A DNA stretch of 64,000 nucleotides from a virus (lineage: Duplodnaviria > Caudoviricetes). The notes under the pieces are model-generated. The model was not told the origin of the DNA. It did no database searches and saw only the letters and a list, made by a program, of their open reading frames with translations. The position numbers and the translations under genes are program-made. The stretch is from IMG/VR virus record IMGVR_UViG_3300042561_002102; one strand, written 5' to 3'. This document shows, one piece after another, positions 18,557 to 28,250 of the stretch; position 1 is the first letter of the stretch; each line of letters opens with the position of its first letter.

Positions 18557-19192
18557 ATGAAAAGTTATGTAGCTAGATTTGATTCTTACCAAAAACAAAA
18601 AAGAAGAGAAGATATCATCAAAGAATCGGTTCTTCAAGTAAATGATATTTACAAGGTGAGAACCATGGTTGATATTCCACAGAGTCTTATCAACGCTTAT
18701 GTTAAAAAAGTAAAAGATGTTACTGGTAACAATCTTAGACAATTTTTCGGTGATGTTGATATCGCTGAAGAAATAATCAAGCATATCAATCTTAATTATT
18801 TAGATGCTGATAAAATTCCAGCAAATGCTTTGATGGGTGGTCCATCACAAACACAAACACAGACACAAGGACAAGCTCAAGGACAAGCCCAGACACAAGC
18901 ACAACCACAAGCCCAGCCACAAGCACAACCACAAGGACAATCCCAGCCACAAGGTCAAGCTCAGGGACAAGTCGAGCCACAAGGTCAAGCTCAGGGACGA
19001 CCACAAGCCGAGCCACAAGCTCAACCACAAGCACAACCAGAAGATGAAGGACAATCACAGGGTCAAGTTCAAGTTCAAACCCAAGTTCAAGGACAAGGCG
19101 AGCCTGAAGATGAAGATTTTGAAGATCTAGAAGATGAAGAAACTGGTGAAGATGAAGAAGAGAGAGAAGAAGATACGGAAGAACTTCCTTAA
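18557..19192 (+). CDS. Hypothetical protein with Gln/Ala/Pro/Gly-rich repeats and acidic tail
   Basis: QAQPQ/QGQ repeats at ~18845-19100; acidic C-terminus. Confidence 0.65.
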   Translation: MKSYVARFDSYQKQKRREDIIKESVLQVNDIYKVRTMVDIPQSLINAYVKKVKDVTGNNLRQFFGDVDIAEEIIKHINLNYLDADKIPANALMGGPSQTQTQTQGQAQGQAQTQAQPQAQPQAQPQGQSQPQGQAQGQVEPQGQAQGRPQAEPQAQPQAQPEDEGQSQGQVQVQTQVQGQGEPEDEDFEDLEDEETGEDEEEREEDTEELP

Positions 19193-19215
19193 CATATAAA
19201 AAAAAATAGAAAATG

Positions 19216-19243
19216 ACCTCACTTTTTCAAGTGGGGTTTTTTT
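19216..19243 (+). terminator. Rho-independent terminator
   Basis: acctcact / agtggggt stem (one G-U pair) followed by a T-run, just downstream of the 18557..19192 stop. Confidence 0.65.
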
Positions 19244-19272
19244 CTGCCTCAAATATTTCAATATATAGAATT

Positions 19273-19884
19273 ATGATGATAAAAACCTTCGAAAAGTTCA
19301 GGCACCAGGAGATACTCATTATTGTGGATGTTCAGAAAAGTTTCCGTAAATTTTTTACAGAGATGTATCTGAACGAGTTGAAAAAATACTGCAAAGAGTT
19401 TGATAAGGTCTATTATATTTTTGATAATCATGTTGATGGTAAAAATGTTGATCAAGATTATCTCTATGATAGAAATGTTCAGGTCGAAGGTCATCCGGAT
19501 CTCTATGAGTTTCCTAATATGGAAGATATGATTGAAAAAAGATATAATTATGATGTTGATGTTGAATTTTTCAAAGATGTTCTCACTCACAAAACTTATC
19601 AAGAGATTAAAAAATTAGAATCAAGAAAAAAATTGAAACGTGGAGATTTTTTCAGAACAAAAGAAAATACGATACTCGTCTATATCGGAAATAATCATCA
19701 GTGGTTTCACTGCCCGAAGAAACTCTACGAAGTTTTAGTAGAGAACACAGAAAATACCATTACAATTGTGGGTGGTAGTGATAAAGAGTGCCTAGAAGAT
19801 GTTTTTATCACTGCCTCTGCACTTGGCGTTGAGATGAAAAGAAATTGGAAATATATCTACTCGGGATCTCATTGTCCTTTATAA
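19273..19884 (+). CDS. Isochorismatase/cysteine-hydrolase family protein
   Basis: LIIVDVQKSF (catalytic Asp) and IVGGSDKECLEDV (catalytic Cys loop). True start is probably ATG 19273, after the TATATA motif and the terminator, not 19213. Confidence 0.6.
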   Translation: MMIKTFEKFRHQEILIIVDVQKSFRKFFTEMYLNELKKYCKEFDKVYYIFDNHVDGKNVDQDYLYDRNVQVEGHPDLYEFPNMEDMIEKRYNYDVDVEFFKDVLTHKTYQEIKKLESRKKLKRGDFFRTKENTILVYIGNNHQWFHCPKKLYEVLVENTENTITIVGGSDKECLEDVFITASALGVEMKRNWKYIYSGSHCPL

Positions 19885-19897
19885 ATAAGTATTGAAG

Positions 19898-20281
19898 ATG
19901 AGAAATATACTCGATTTTTACATACTTTATCCGGGTCATCCAAGATACGAAAGTGCTAATTTAATTGAAGACGATCTTATACGTATCATTATTCAAAAAT
20001 ATGAGATGATTATTTTTACTATTAAAGGAGATGTTCTTGGTGATCCAAATTTTGGAGCTTCCCTAGAAAGTCTTCTTCATACCACTCTATTATCAGGAAT
20101 TGCGGTAGAAGAGAGTATCAAGGCTCAAATAGACACTTATATACCAGAGCTACAGGGAAGAAAATACACATTAAGAGTTGAATTTATTCAAGATAATACC
20201 GACTTCAGAGAAGTTATGGTAATTTATTTTCAAATCGCTGACTATGATGTCTATTCCATATTCGGCGAGAGTTCTATGTAA
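19898..20281 (+). CDS. Baseplate gp25/GPW-like protein
   Basis: IFTIKGDVLGDPNFGASLESLL matches the gp25 TxxGER..P.FG motif; TATAAATA at 19880-19887 upstream. Confidence 0.7.
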   Translation: MRNILDFYILYPGHPRYESANLIEDDLIRIIIQKYEMIIFTIKGDVLGDPNFGASLESLLHTTLLSGIAVEESIKAQIDTYIPELQGRKYTLRVEFIQDNTDFREVMVIYFQIADYDVYSIFGESSM

Positions 20282-21257
20282 GGCTGATTTCTCTCATACG
20301 ACCTATGAACGCAACTGCTACTACTAGAGGATCAGAGGAAGTTTGTAAAAATCTCTGAGATTCACTCAAAATCCAATTGTATTTGAATAATTTTTCAGAA
20401 TCTACTTTTTTGTTTTCTAGATGCCAAAGTATAAAGCTCTTACCCCATAAATCTAAAAATTCTACTACACGATCAGAACCAAATTTATCTGATATAAAAA
20501 AATATATCTTTTCATAATCTATATTTTTGTCATAAATAAGAGAATAGCACTCTCTGATCAAATCATTTGAAATACTTATACCTGAAAAATTAGATTGACC
20601 AGAATTTTTATAATACTCAAGTTCAACTAGTATAGATCTGAAATCTGGGAATTTTTTTTTGATGAGAGAGACCAAATCTTCTTTGGACATCGACAGATTT
20701 TCACTAGGTAAGATTTGATCGTTGATCTTTCTGAACATTTCTATTTTTAGTGCTCTCTCCTCATCAATACTTTGACACTCAAGATTAATTTGTATGAAAC
20801 GACTTCGAATACCTTCAGATATTTTACTAAGATGATTTGTAGATAGTATAAACCGAACATTCTTGGTAGAGTAATCTTCTATGTATGCTTTAAGAGCGTC
20901 TTGATATTGAATTGAAGTTCTATCGAATTCATCTAAAAAAACATACTTAATCAGATTGGTCTCTGATTGTTCTATATCAAAGTCGAGAAATACTTTAGAG
21001 CAGAACTCGTCTATTTTTCCTCTCAAAATATCTATAGAAGTATAGAAAGAAGAGTTTATCTCGATGTGTGGTGAATTTTTAGAGTATTTACCAATAAGAA
21101 TTCTTGCAAGAGAAGTTTTACCTATGCCGTAATGTCCATGTAGAATAACATTTTGGGTGAGGCCAGATGAAAAATAATCTCTGACTCTTTTTGGTAATAG
21201 AAGATCTTCGAACTTTTTAGGTCTCCACTTATCAGAAATAAGAAGTTGTCTGTCCAT
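20274..21257 (-). CDS. Sliding-clamp loader AAA+ subunit (gp44/RFC small-subunit-like)
   Basis: KWRPKKFEDL, Walker A GHYGIGKTS, Walker B LDEFD, RSRF sensor. Likely start at ATG 21257 (ORF track extends to TTG 21296). Confidence 0.9.
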   Translation of the reverse strand: MDRQLLISDKWRPKKFEDLLLPKRVRDYFSSGLTQNVILHGHYGIGKTSLARILIGKYSKNSPHIEINSSFYTSIDILRGKIDEFCSKVFLDFDIEQSETNLIKYVFLDEFDRTSIQYQDALKAYIEDYSTKNVRFILSTNHLSKISEGIRSRFIQINLECQSIDEERALKIEMFRKINDQILPSENLSMSKEDLVSLIKKKFPDFRSILVELEYYKNSGQSNFSGISISNDLIRECYSLIYDKNIDYEKIYFFISDKFGSDRVVEFLDLWGKSFILWHLENKKVDSEKLFKYNWILSESQRFLQTSSDPLVVAVAFIGRMREISLT

Positions 21258-21310
21258 TGGGTTGATTATATGTGGAGGATTTCCGATTGTTTTCAAGAAA
21301 GATTAAAAAA

Positions 21311-21342
21311 CAAATATATACAAAAATATGATAGGAAACAAA
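21311..21342 (-). promoter_or_regulatory. Candidate Bacteroidota sigma-A promoter for the clamp loader gene
   Basis: Minus strand reads TTTG (21342-21339), 20-nt spacer, TATATTTG (21318-21311). Confidence 0.45.
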
Positions 21343-22062
21343 TTTAATTTTGATGATGTCTATTTCAGGGATTTGACTATTTGTCTTTTAGACTTATTAC
21401 AAGGTAAGTTGAAATGGATAAATAGGTTTTCTGAAGGAGATAGACAAGTTGAAGTTCCTATGTATTATTCTCTAACAGGTGATGAAAGATACCTACTTGA
21501 TTCTTTTTCCGATGACGTAGTTTCTAACAATCGTCTTGTTGAGATAAATACCGATATTATCCCACGAGGTCATATAACACTCAAGTCTTGGAACATCAAA
21601 TCTGATGATTTCACGAATCCAAACGTTTGGCTTAAAACCATAGTTGAAAATGAAAGTGAAATAAAAACGATGCTTTCAAAAGTTAGAGCTATACCAATAC
21701 AAGCTAGTTACGACCTTTCAATAAAAGTTAAAAGTGAAATAGACGTATTCAAATGTTCTCAAGCAATTATGAACACTCTGTGGTTGTATCGATATATGTA
21801 TTTTGAGTATAATTATATGAACATCGATGCGGTGGTTATAGTTCCAGATACAGAACAAGTAACCATTTCTAGAGAAAAGAATTTAACTTCAGATAATACA
21901 ATAAAAATTGATGTATCACTTGAGGTTCACTCTTACTACCCAGCTTTTATGGAAAATTTAGAAGATTATAACTCTGCAGCTCTTTCACAATGGCGAGGTA
22001 ATCTATATACAACAAAAAGTAGATCTGGTAAATCAACCAACGATTTGGTCCAAAAAATATAA
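21328..22062 (+). CDS. Tail terminator / sheath stabilizer (T4 gp15-like)
   Basis: VYFRDLTICLLDLL..., QVEVPMYY and IPRGHI resemble the gp15 vPi.Y / LPR pattern. Confidence 0.55.
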   Translation: MIGNKFNFDDVYFRDLTICLLDLLQGKLKWINRFSEGDRQVEVPMYYSLTGDERYLLDSFSDDVVSNNRLVEINTDIIPRGHITLKSWNIKSDDFTNPNVWLKTIVENESEIKTMLSKVRAIPIQASYDLSIKVKSEIDVFKCSQAIMNTLWLYRYMYFEYNYMNIDAVVIVPDTEQVTISREKNLTSDNTIKIDVSLEVHSYYPAFMENLEDYNSAALSQWRGNLYTTKSRSGKSTNDLVQKI

Positions 22063-22132
22063 TTTAAAAAAAGGTAAAAAACACACTTTTTAAATAATAT
22101 ATATAGTTTAAAAAAAATAAACATTTTTTAAT

Positions 22133-23416
22133 ATGAAGAACTTGAAATTAGAATTATTTAACTTTGTAAGAAGTTTAAATTTAGATCAGGAAGAAATCTC
22201 GACCATAGTAAATTCACATATGGGTGCTATAGGTAGAGTATCTGAAAAGCAGGTAATTTCCTCCTTGAACGAATCATTGAAAATTCATACCTATGATAGA
22301 TCAGTAAAGAATTTACTCGAATCACTCAATGATGACGTGGCAAATCATAGCCTTATTTATGAACTAAAGCACCTCTATAATGTTCTTAATTCTAAGAATC
22401 AAGGTGAGCTTTATAGACAACCTATTAATGTTGTTCTTGAAGTTATCAACATGGAGTCTGATCAAGATAGATTAGGAAAAATTGTAAATGAGCTAGCTAT
22501 TTATGACTGGGTTCCTGAAATTAAACTATTTGTTCATAATCTTACTAAATCTCCTGAGCAAAGATCAAATCTTCTATCAGGGGGTAGTTCAGAAAGTGTC
22601 TATACTATAGTTGAGCAAGTAGAAGGTGGTTATTGTGCATTTATCAACGGCAGTTGGTTCCTTCTAACCGAGAGTGGCGTTGAAAAGACCCTTCTTGAAA
22701 ACTGGGTTAAAAATGATGAAGATCTTAGAACTCTTAGAAACATCGAAACTGGTCTAAGGTATTCAATGATTCATGAAGATAGAATTAATTTCAGAATCTC
22801 TGAAAACTTAACTATCGGTCTTTCTGTAGCTAACGAAGGACTTATCTATATCAATGATGATAAGATGAACAAAGAAACTACACTAGAGACCTTATTTCAA
22901 TCACCTATTATTCCTATTGCTAACAAAAACTTCTATCCCATTCTATTAGAAACACAGAAGAATATCGATAAGTTCGTTGAACTTGATGTAGTTAAAAGAG
23001 TAACTAATTTAGTTAATCCATATTTAGAATGCTTTGTATTCAATTACAAAGCAGGCAACTATGTTTATCGTTGCGATCAAAGATACGGCAATTCATTCTA
23101 TAAATACGACACGGCACTTGAGCTTGTAAATGAAATCAAAAATGAATTAAATAGCGATCTTACCTATTTCTTTGAGAATAAGTTAGATAAAGAAATTGTA
23201 AAAAATAGAAGATTAGAAGATAAAGAAAGAGAAATAACTCTAAAATTAGAAGACGTAAATATAAATCTATCAAAAATCAATAATTCACTAAGAGTTACCG
23301 GAGAGTCAAAAATTCTTTTAGAGGCTCGTCAAAATCTTACAAAAAGAAAAGAACATTTAGAAGAAGAGTTGATGGCAGTCAAAGAAGTAAAGAGTTCAAA
23401 TAAGTATAAAATGTAA
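22133..23416 (+). CDS. Hypothetical (probably virion) protein with C-terminal coiled coil
   Basis: 427-aa ORF downstream of TATATATA; SLNES and LLES potential prohead-protease sites. Confidence 0.6.
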   Translation: MKNLKLELFNFVRSLNLDQEEISTIVNSHMGAIGRVSEKQVISSLNESLKIHTYDRSVKNLLESLNDDVANHSLIYELKHLYNVLNSKNQGELYRQPINVVLEVINMESDQDRLGKIVNELAIYDWVPEIKLFVHNLTKSPEQRSNLLSGGSSESVYTIVEQVEGGYCAFINGSWFLLTESGVEKTLLENWVKNDEDLRTLRNIETGLRYSMIHEDRINFRISENLTIGLSVANEGLIYINDDKMNKETTLETLFQSPIIPIANKNFYPILLETQKNIDKFVELDVVKRVTNLVNPYLECFVFNYKAGNYVYRCDQRYGNSFYKYDTALELVNEIKNELNSDLTYFFENKLDKEIVKNRRLEDKEREITLKLEDVNINLSKINNSLRVTGESKILLEARQNLTKRKEHLEEELMAVKEVKSSNKYKM

Positions 23417-23437
23417 AAAAAAAGTTCGGGAAGATGT

Positions 23438-23473
23438 AAAAACCTCTATATAACATAGGGGTTTTTACTTTTT
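23438..23473 (+). terminator. Rho-independent terminator
   Basis: aaaaacctcta / taggggttttt stem followed by T-rich tract after the 23416 stop. Confidence 0.5.
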
Positions 23474-23526
23474 AAACAAAAATTGAAAACTTTTAACAAA
23501 TTATACAATAAAAAAAATTAAAACCT

Positions 23527-23892
23527 GTGTATCTTCATAATAAAGATCTTTACATGGAGATAATTGTCTCCAAAGCAACTGGAAAACTCACCAATAAATC
23601 TAAACTTATGCTAGAAATTCTAGCAAAAAGAACGATTAAAAAAATGAGATATAGAAGTAACGATGATAAACTTGACTGCTATCAGTCGGGAATTCTGGAT
23701 ATGTTCTCTAACTGGTATAATTTCAATGAAGAAAAATCAGATAATGCCTTTGCTTACTTTACCGAAATATTTAAAAGAGGTATTGCTCGTGGTTACAACG
23801 ATTTATACAAGAAAAAAGGAGATAATGATCATCAAATAAGACTTATTTCTATAGAATCATCAAACGATGGACAAGGATTACATTCTATTTAA
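23527..23892 (+). CDS. Late-transcription sigma factor (T4 gp55-like), short form
   Basis: YLHNKDL start and NWYNFNEEKSDNAFAYFTEIFKRGI match the gp55 NF...KS.N.FAYFT signature; GTG start. Confidence 0.78.
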   Translation: MYLHNKDLYMEIIVSKATGKLTNKSKLMLEILAKRTIKKMRYRSNDDKLDCYQSGILDMFSNWYNFNEEKSDNAFAYFTEIFKRGIARGYNDLYKKKGDNDHQIRLISIESSNDGQGLHSI

Positions 23893-23906
23893 GAAAAAAT
23901 ATTACT

Positions 23907-24344
23907 ATGAATAAAGTATCACTTCGTAAAAAAATACAACTTTATCTTACTTATAGAAAAACTTTGGAAAAAAACAGAGAAGATCTATTTCAAAATTTCA
24001 CTAGTCGTATCGATAAAGTTTATAGGATTTATACGGTAATAAATTTGCCTAAAGAAGAAATGGAAGAACCCTATAATTTCAGAAAAAGAGATTTAGATAT
24101 TTTTGCAGAAAAATACATTCGAGAATATTCACAAAATATGGGTAAATATCTCAATAATTTAGGATTGAATGAACTTTATGATATTTATGAAGTAAAAAAA
24201 GTAGATAAATTTTCGTATTTAATTGTTATAGGATTCAGATTATTCAACACAGATAAACTAGCAAAGAATTTTTGGTTGAAAGTATTACCCTGGAGTCTCG
24301 GAACATTGATTTTAGGCTCTATAATTTTGAAACTTCTTCTATAG
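23907..24344 (+). CDS. Hypothetical protein with C-terminal TM
   Basis: 145-aa ORF; hydrophobic C-terminus WSLGTLILGSIILKLLL. Confidence 0.6.
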   Translation: MNKVSLRKKIQLYLTYRKTLEKNREDLFQNFTSRIDKVYRIYTVINLPKEEMEEPYNFRKRDLDIFAEKYIREYSQNMGKYLNNLGLNELYDIYEVKKVDKFSYLIVIGFRLFNTDKLAKNFWLKVLPWSLGTLILGSIILKLLL

Positions 24345-24373
24345 GGTTTATATAAGTTACAAACAATTTAAAA

Positions 24374-24829
24374 ATGTCAAAATATTATAATCTTTCACAA
24401 GACTCAATTAACCTATTCAATCAGATTTTTGATACCAAAGCATTTCCATTAGGAATAAACTTTGCTTTTATTGGTCACGAAGAGCAAAAAGAACTTATTA
24501 AAATCTCAAAAGTTCCCGATCAGTATAACTTTCTACTTCAAAATGAACTTCTTGTTTGTATGAACGAAGAGCTTATCTCTAAGTTTGATGAAGAAAGTGT
24601 TACTATTCTTATAGAACAAGAACTTGATAAAATAAGTATCAATCTAGATACTGGTAAAATTAAGTTTGTAAAACCTAATCTCTCTACTTTCACTTCTCTT
24701 ATCTCGAAATATGGTCTTGAAAAAGTAGGAAGAGCTAATCAAATTGAAGATTTATACAACGAACAACAACTCGATTCTGAACAAGGATTTGTAGAACAAA
24801 AAAAATCACACTATGGAAAACGAAAATAA
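24374..24829 (+). CDS. Phage metallopeptidase-like domain protein lacking HExxH
   Basis: LIKISKV...ELLVCMNEE...ILIEQELDKI resembles the phage metallopeptidase fold, with EQELDK where HEL.H is expected. Confidence 0.4.
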   Translation: MSKYYNLSQDSINLFNQIFDTKAFPLGINFAFIGHEEQKELIKISKVPDQYNFLLQNELLVCMNEELISKFDEESVTILIEQELDKISINLDTGKIKFVKPNLSTFTSLISKYGLEKVGRANQIEDLYNEQQLDSEQGFVEQKKSHYGKRK

Positions 24830-25481
24830 AAAACTAATTGAAACCGCTACGGTAAAGCCAAAACTTACAATATTCGAAAACGAAATCGAATATAGACTTC
24901 TTGATCTAGAGGATGAAGTTCAAATGGATAGACTCATAAGTCAAATAGAAGACTATATGAAAAACAACAACGGATATGGTGAAAGTGATAACACGAAAGA
25001 TATTCTTTATGCTGACGCACAAGGATTATGGAACGAATACGCTAAAATCTTGAGAGATGTAAAATTTACTTTTTATATTAATAGAAAGCAGTATCAATTT
25101 TTGACTGAACTTCTTCGTGATAAACTTGAATATGACGTTAATACAATATTTATAGCTATTGAACTGACCGATATGCTTGGAACTTGGGTCTCTGAAGGCA
25201 CTAACAAAGATGATACTTCAGTAAAAGGGTACCAGGCTAATGCTACCGAAATGACCTATATGTATCACCTTATCGCAAAACATAAAGTAAAAGGTCTCGG
25301 ATATTCTACCTATATTTTTGCTGATATTTTAAGGAGAATTGGTGAAATCTCTAAGATTATCAACTATTATGATAATCACGCTAAGCAACTCTCTACAGAT
25401 ATACAAAAATGGGTTGCTTCTTTTGAAGATCCAGAAACAGGTGATGATGTAGCACCACCAGAAGGTCAAGAAACAAAATAA
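24813..25481 (+). CDS. Hypothetical protein
   Basis: 222-aa ORF overlapping the upstream gene by 17 nt. Confidence 0.6.
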   Translation: MENENKKLIETATVKPKLTIFENEIEYRLLDLEDEVQMDRLISQIEDYMKNNNGYGESDNTKDILYADAQGLWNEYAKILRDVKFTFYINRKQYQFLTELLRDKLEYDVNTIFIAIELTDMLGTWVSEGTNKDDTSVKGYQANATEMTYMYHLIAKHKVKGLGYSTYIFADILRRIGEISKIINYYDNHAKQLSTDIQKWVASFEDPETGDDVAPPEGQETK

Positions 25482-25506
25482 AATCCCAACAGATTTTATC
25501 TATCCG

Positions 25507-25540
25507 AAAAAAAAACACACCTTAGGGTGTGTTTTTTTTT
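25507..25540. terminator. Bidirectional rho-independent terminator
   Basis: aaaaaaaaacacacc-ttag-ggtgtgtttttttttt perfect hairpin with A- and T-tracts between convergent genes. Confidence 0.85.
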
Positions 25541-25542
25541 GA

Positions 25543-27270
25543 TCAAATACAGTAGTAAGAGGACATAATCGACCCATTTGTATTGATCTGTAGAGGTCTT
25601 TTTGTCCCTACACCACCAACTGTAAGTGCTATCCACTTTCCACCACCATTTGTAGGTGTGGTAAGTGCGGCATCATCATAGATAATATCTCCATTAATTA
25701 AAAACGCTAATGATTTAGTGCTATAATAAGCTCTGACTGTTTGATAAGTTGAACAAGCACCAGCTGCGTTTATAGCATCCGGAGTAGTTCTACCTAAGAA
25801 TGTAAATAAGGTTGGAGTTGGTGTGGGTGTTCTTGTTGGAGTAACAGTTGGTGTTTTGGTTACTGTAGGAGTTGGGGTTTTAGTTGATGTTATTGTGGGT
25901 GTAGGTGTAGGACTCATAACAGGATTTTCATTCTGTGGCAAACCCCAAACGAGTTTAATGGATTTACTTTGTGAGTACAAATTGGAAAGATTAACAGAAA
26001 TCTGAGAGAAAGTTCCAGAGAATTTTATTATACCTGTAGCCATGTTAGCACCACTTAAAATATAACTAGATTCTGATACTAATGAAGATTTTAGTTCTGG
26101 ACAATCGTTACAATCACAACACATAGAATAAGTTGAGCTAAATTGTAAATATTCCGTATTCGTAATACCTGATTGGGAGAAACCTAGATGATAGATAGCT
26201 AAAACAGGATCAGATACGGGAGAATTGAAGACAAAACTATGTGTTCCATTACAAACCATCCTGAATCCACCTGTTCTTTCAGGATTTCTAATATCACAAC
26301 TCATGTAATTGTAGGCACTCGAATAAGTATTTCCACCACAAGAGAACGTAGCACAAGATCCAGCACCAATTTCGCAGTTGTGGCCAGCTATATCTATTGG
26401 ATAAATTGTTCTACTTGGTGTTGTGCACAAACCAGATACGTTATTCTCTACCGTGTTTATGAATTGAGAAACTAAATTGTAAAGACTAGAAGATGATGTT
26501 GGTGAACTATAGAAATTTGCTGTTCTAGGAACAGGATCTACAAAACTACCACCGTTGGGTTGAGACCAGTCAAGACCATTCAAGTAAGACCATAAATAAA
26601 CTCCATCACCTTGTGTACATTCAGGACAACCAGGTGTTGCGCTAGGTGTCTGTGTTAATGTAGGTGTCAGGCTCGGTGTTAAAGTTGATGTGATTGATGG
26701 AGTAGGTGTGTTGGTGGGTGTCGCTTCTGGTGATGCACCGGGTGATCTTGTTATACTAGGTGTTACTGTTATTGTGGGTGTTAATGTAGGTGTAACTGTT
26801 GAGGTTGAACTTGGTGTGGATGTAGGTGTGTCAGTTGGTATTGGACTCTCAGTTGATGATGGTGTAGAAGTATTCGTTGGTGTTGGATCTGGGGATATAC
26901 CGGGAGTTTTAGTTAAAGTTGGTGTTGGTGTCGGGGTAGAAGTGACAGTGGATGTTACAGTTAGTGTTGGTGATACAGCAGGCAAAGAAGTGTGCGATGG
27001 AGATGGTGTAATAGAAGGTGTCAAAGTTATAGTAGGTGATGGTGTTGGTGTTAGAATATAGTTAGATACTAAAACTGTATAATCACAACCATCACAGGTA
27101 AAAATATAAGTTCCATTTAACTCATCCGATCCTCGGCCGTATAAAATAGGATCAAAAGTCCAAGGAAAACTAAAAGTAGAACTAATATTTAAGACACCTC
27201 CACCACTGGGAAAAATAAGTTGTAATGTGCAGTTTGTAAGCGGACTAGCCTCAAAAGTTACTGTAGCCAT
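25543..27270 (-). CDS. Thr/Pro-rich (mucin-like) modular protein, putative virion fibre/decoration
   Basis: Conserved Cys-containing N-cap, two TP-repeat linkers, Cys-rich middle domain, C-terminal IYDDAALTTP domain; no signal peptide. Confidence 0.6.
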   Translation of the reverse strand: MATVTFEASPLTNCTLQLIFPSGGGVLNISSTFSFPWTFDPILYGRGSDELNGTYIFTCDGCDYTVLVSNYILTPTPSPTITLTPSITPSPSHTSLPAVSPTLTVTSTVTSTPTPTPTLTKTPGISPDPTPTNTSTPSSTESPIPTDTPTSTPSSTSTVTPTLTPTITVTPSITRSPGASPEATPTNTPTPSITSTLTPSLTPTLTQTPSATPGCPECTQGDGVYLWSYLNGLDWSQPNGGSFVDPVPRTANFYSSPTSSSSLYNLVSQFINTVENNVSGLCTTPSRTIYPIDIAGHNCEIGAGSCATFSCGGNTYSSAYNYMSCDIRNPERTGGFRMVCNGTHSFVFNSPVSDPVLAIYHLGFSQSGITNTEYLQFSSTYSMCCDCNDCPELKSSLVSESSYILSGANMATGIIKFSGTFSQISVNLSNLYSQSKSIKLVWGLPQNENPVMSPTPTPTITSTKTPTPTVTKTPTVTPTRTPTPTPTLFTFLGRTTPDAINAAGACSTYQTVRAYYSTKSLAFLINGDIIYDDAALTTPTNGGGKWIALTVGGVGTKRPLQINTNGSIMSSYYCI

Positions 27271-27314
27271 ATTAAACTATATATTCTAAAACAGAGCTAT
27301 CACACAAACAAAAT

Positions 27315-27581
27315 TCATGAAAGTTTTATAAGTTTTATTTTTAGATCTCCTGAACCTTTGATTACTCGATGATAGACACCTTTTGGTATAAAAATTTTAC
27401 CGGATATTATTTTAGGAAGTTCATTATCCATTTGTATCATCCAATCTGTTCCAGATAATGACTCAATTATTCTATCTTCTCGATCTCTATGCCAAACATA
27501 ATCACCAGAATCAACATCTTGATCGAAAGTTCTTAGGAAGATATTTTCACCTATCGTTTTTTCTTTGAAAGGTAAATTCAT
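27315..27581 (-). CDS. Small cupin-like protein
   Basis: WHRDRE and IFIPKGVYHRVIKG cupin-type motifs. Confidence 0.6.
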   Translation of the reverse strand: MNLPFKEKTIGENIFLRTFDQDVDSGDYVWHRDREDRIIESLSGTDWMIQMDNELPKIISGKIFIPKGVYHRVIKGSGDLKIKLIKLS

Positions 27582-27607
27582 AAATTTTTTTTTTAATATT
27601 TTTTATT

Positions 27608-28189
27608 TTACCAGAACCCCGGATATGACTTACCCCAAAGAGAGGAGAATCTGTTAGCACGACATGCCCAGTAACCAGGTGTCATTTTATCCTTTTTTTC
27701 ACGACAATTATGTCTTTTCGAAAATCTAGCTCTTGCTTTCGGATCACTAACTTTAGCATTTAGACCACCTTTTACATCACCAAAATGAACTACTTTCACA
27801 TTTCCAGTCTTGGGGTTTTTAACATAAACTTTATACTTTTTAGGTCCTGAACTTCTCATAGGTTTTCCAAGACTTACTTTTTTTCCTTTATATTCAGCTT
27901 CTGTAATAAACTCATCACAAAGTATCGGAAAATCAAGTGGCACCATTTCCCCTTCGAACTTTGCCCAAAGACCTAGATCACTCTCTTCAAAAAGAACTCG
28001 ATCAGCATCACTCAATAATTCTTGATGATTTCTTGATTCTCTTATCAACTCGAAAAATGAAGTAGATCCAGGTCTAAATATATTTTCCAAAACTGATATC
28101 TTATTTTCTAAGTGATAAACTAGATTATTACTTGGCTTCTTATCGATGAAGTCCTCGAATTTTAATATATTCTCGTAAATATTTTCCAT
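27608..28189 (-). CDS. Conserved T4-like phage hypothetical protein (basic C-terminal domain)
   Basis: AEYKGKKVSLGKP...KKYKVYVKNPKTGNVKVVHFGD...RHNC...GYWAC pattern recalled from large aquatic myoviruses; ITE site precedes the domain. Confidence 0.6.
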   Translation of the reverse strand: MENIYENILKFEDFIDKKPSNNLVYHLENKISVLENIFRPGSTSFFELIRESRNHQELLSDADRVLFEESDLGLWAKFEGEMVPLDFPILCDEFITEAEYKGKKVSLGKPMRSSGPKKYKVYVKNPKTGNVKVVHFGDVKGGLNAKVSDPKARARFSKRHNCREKKDKMTPGYWACRANRFSSLWGKSYPGFW

Positions 28190-28250
28190 AACTTTATCCA
28201 GGGGTATTTTTTGTTAGTTTATATATATATCTAAATTTGAAACTCAGAAA

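Noticed and set aside
18792-19130. His/Lys-rich and Leu/Trp-rich alternative-frame ORFs
   Set aside because: Frame shadows of the Gln-rich repeat.
19213-19272. ORF-track N-terminal extension MTSLFQVGFF... of the hydrolase
   Set aside because: It overlaps a terminator hairpin and lies upstream of the TATATA motif; ATG 19273 fits better.
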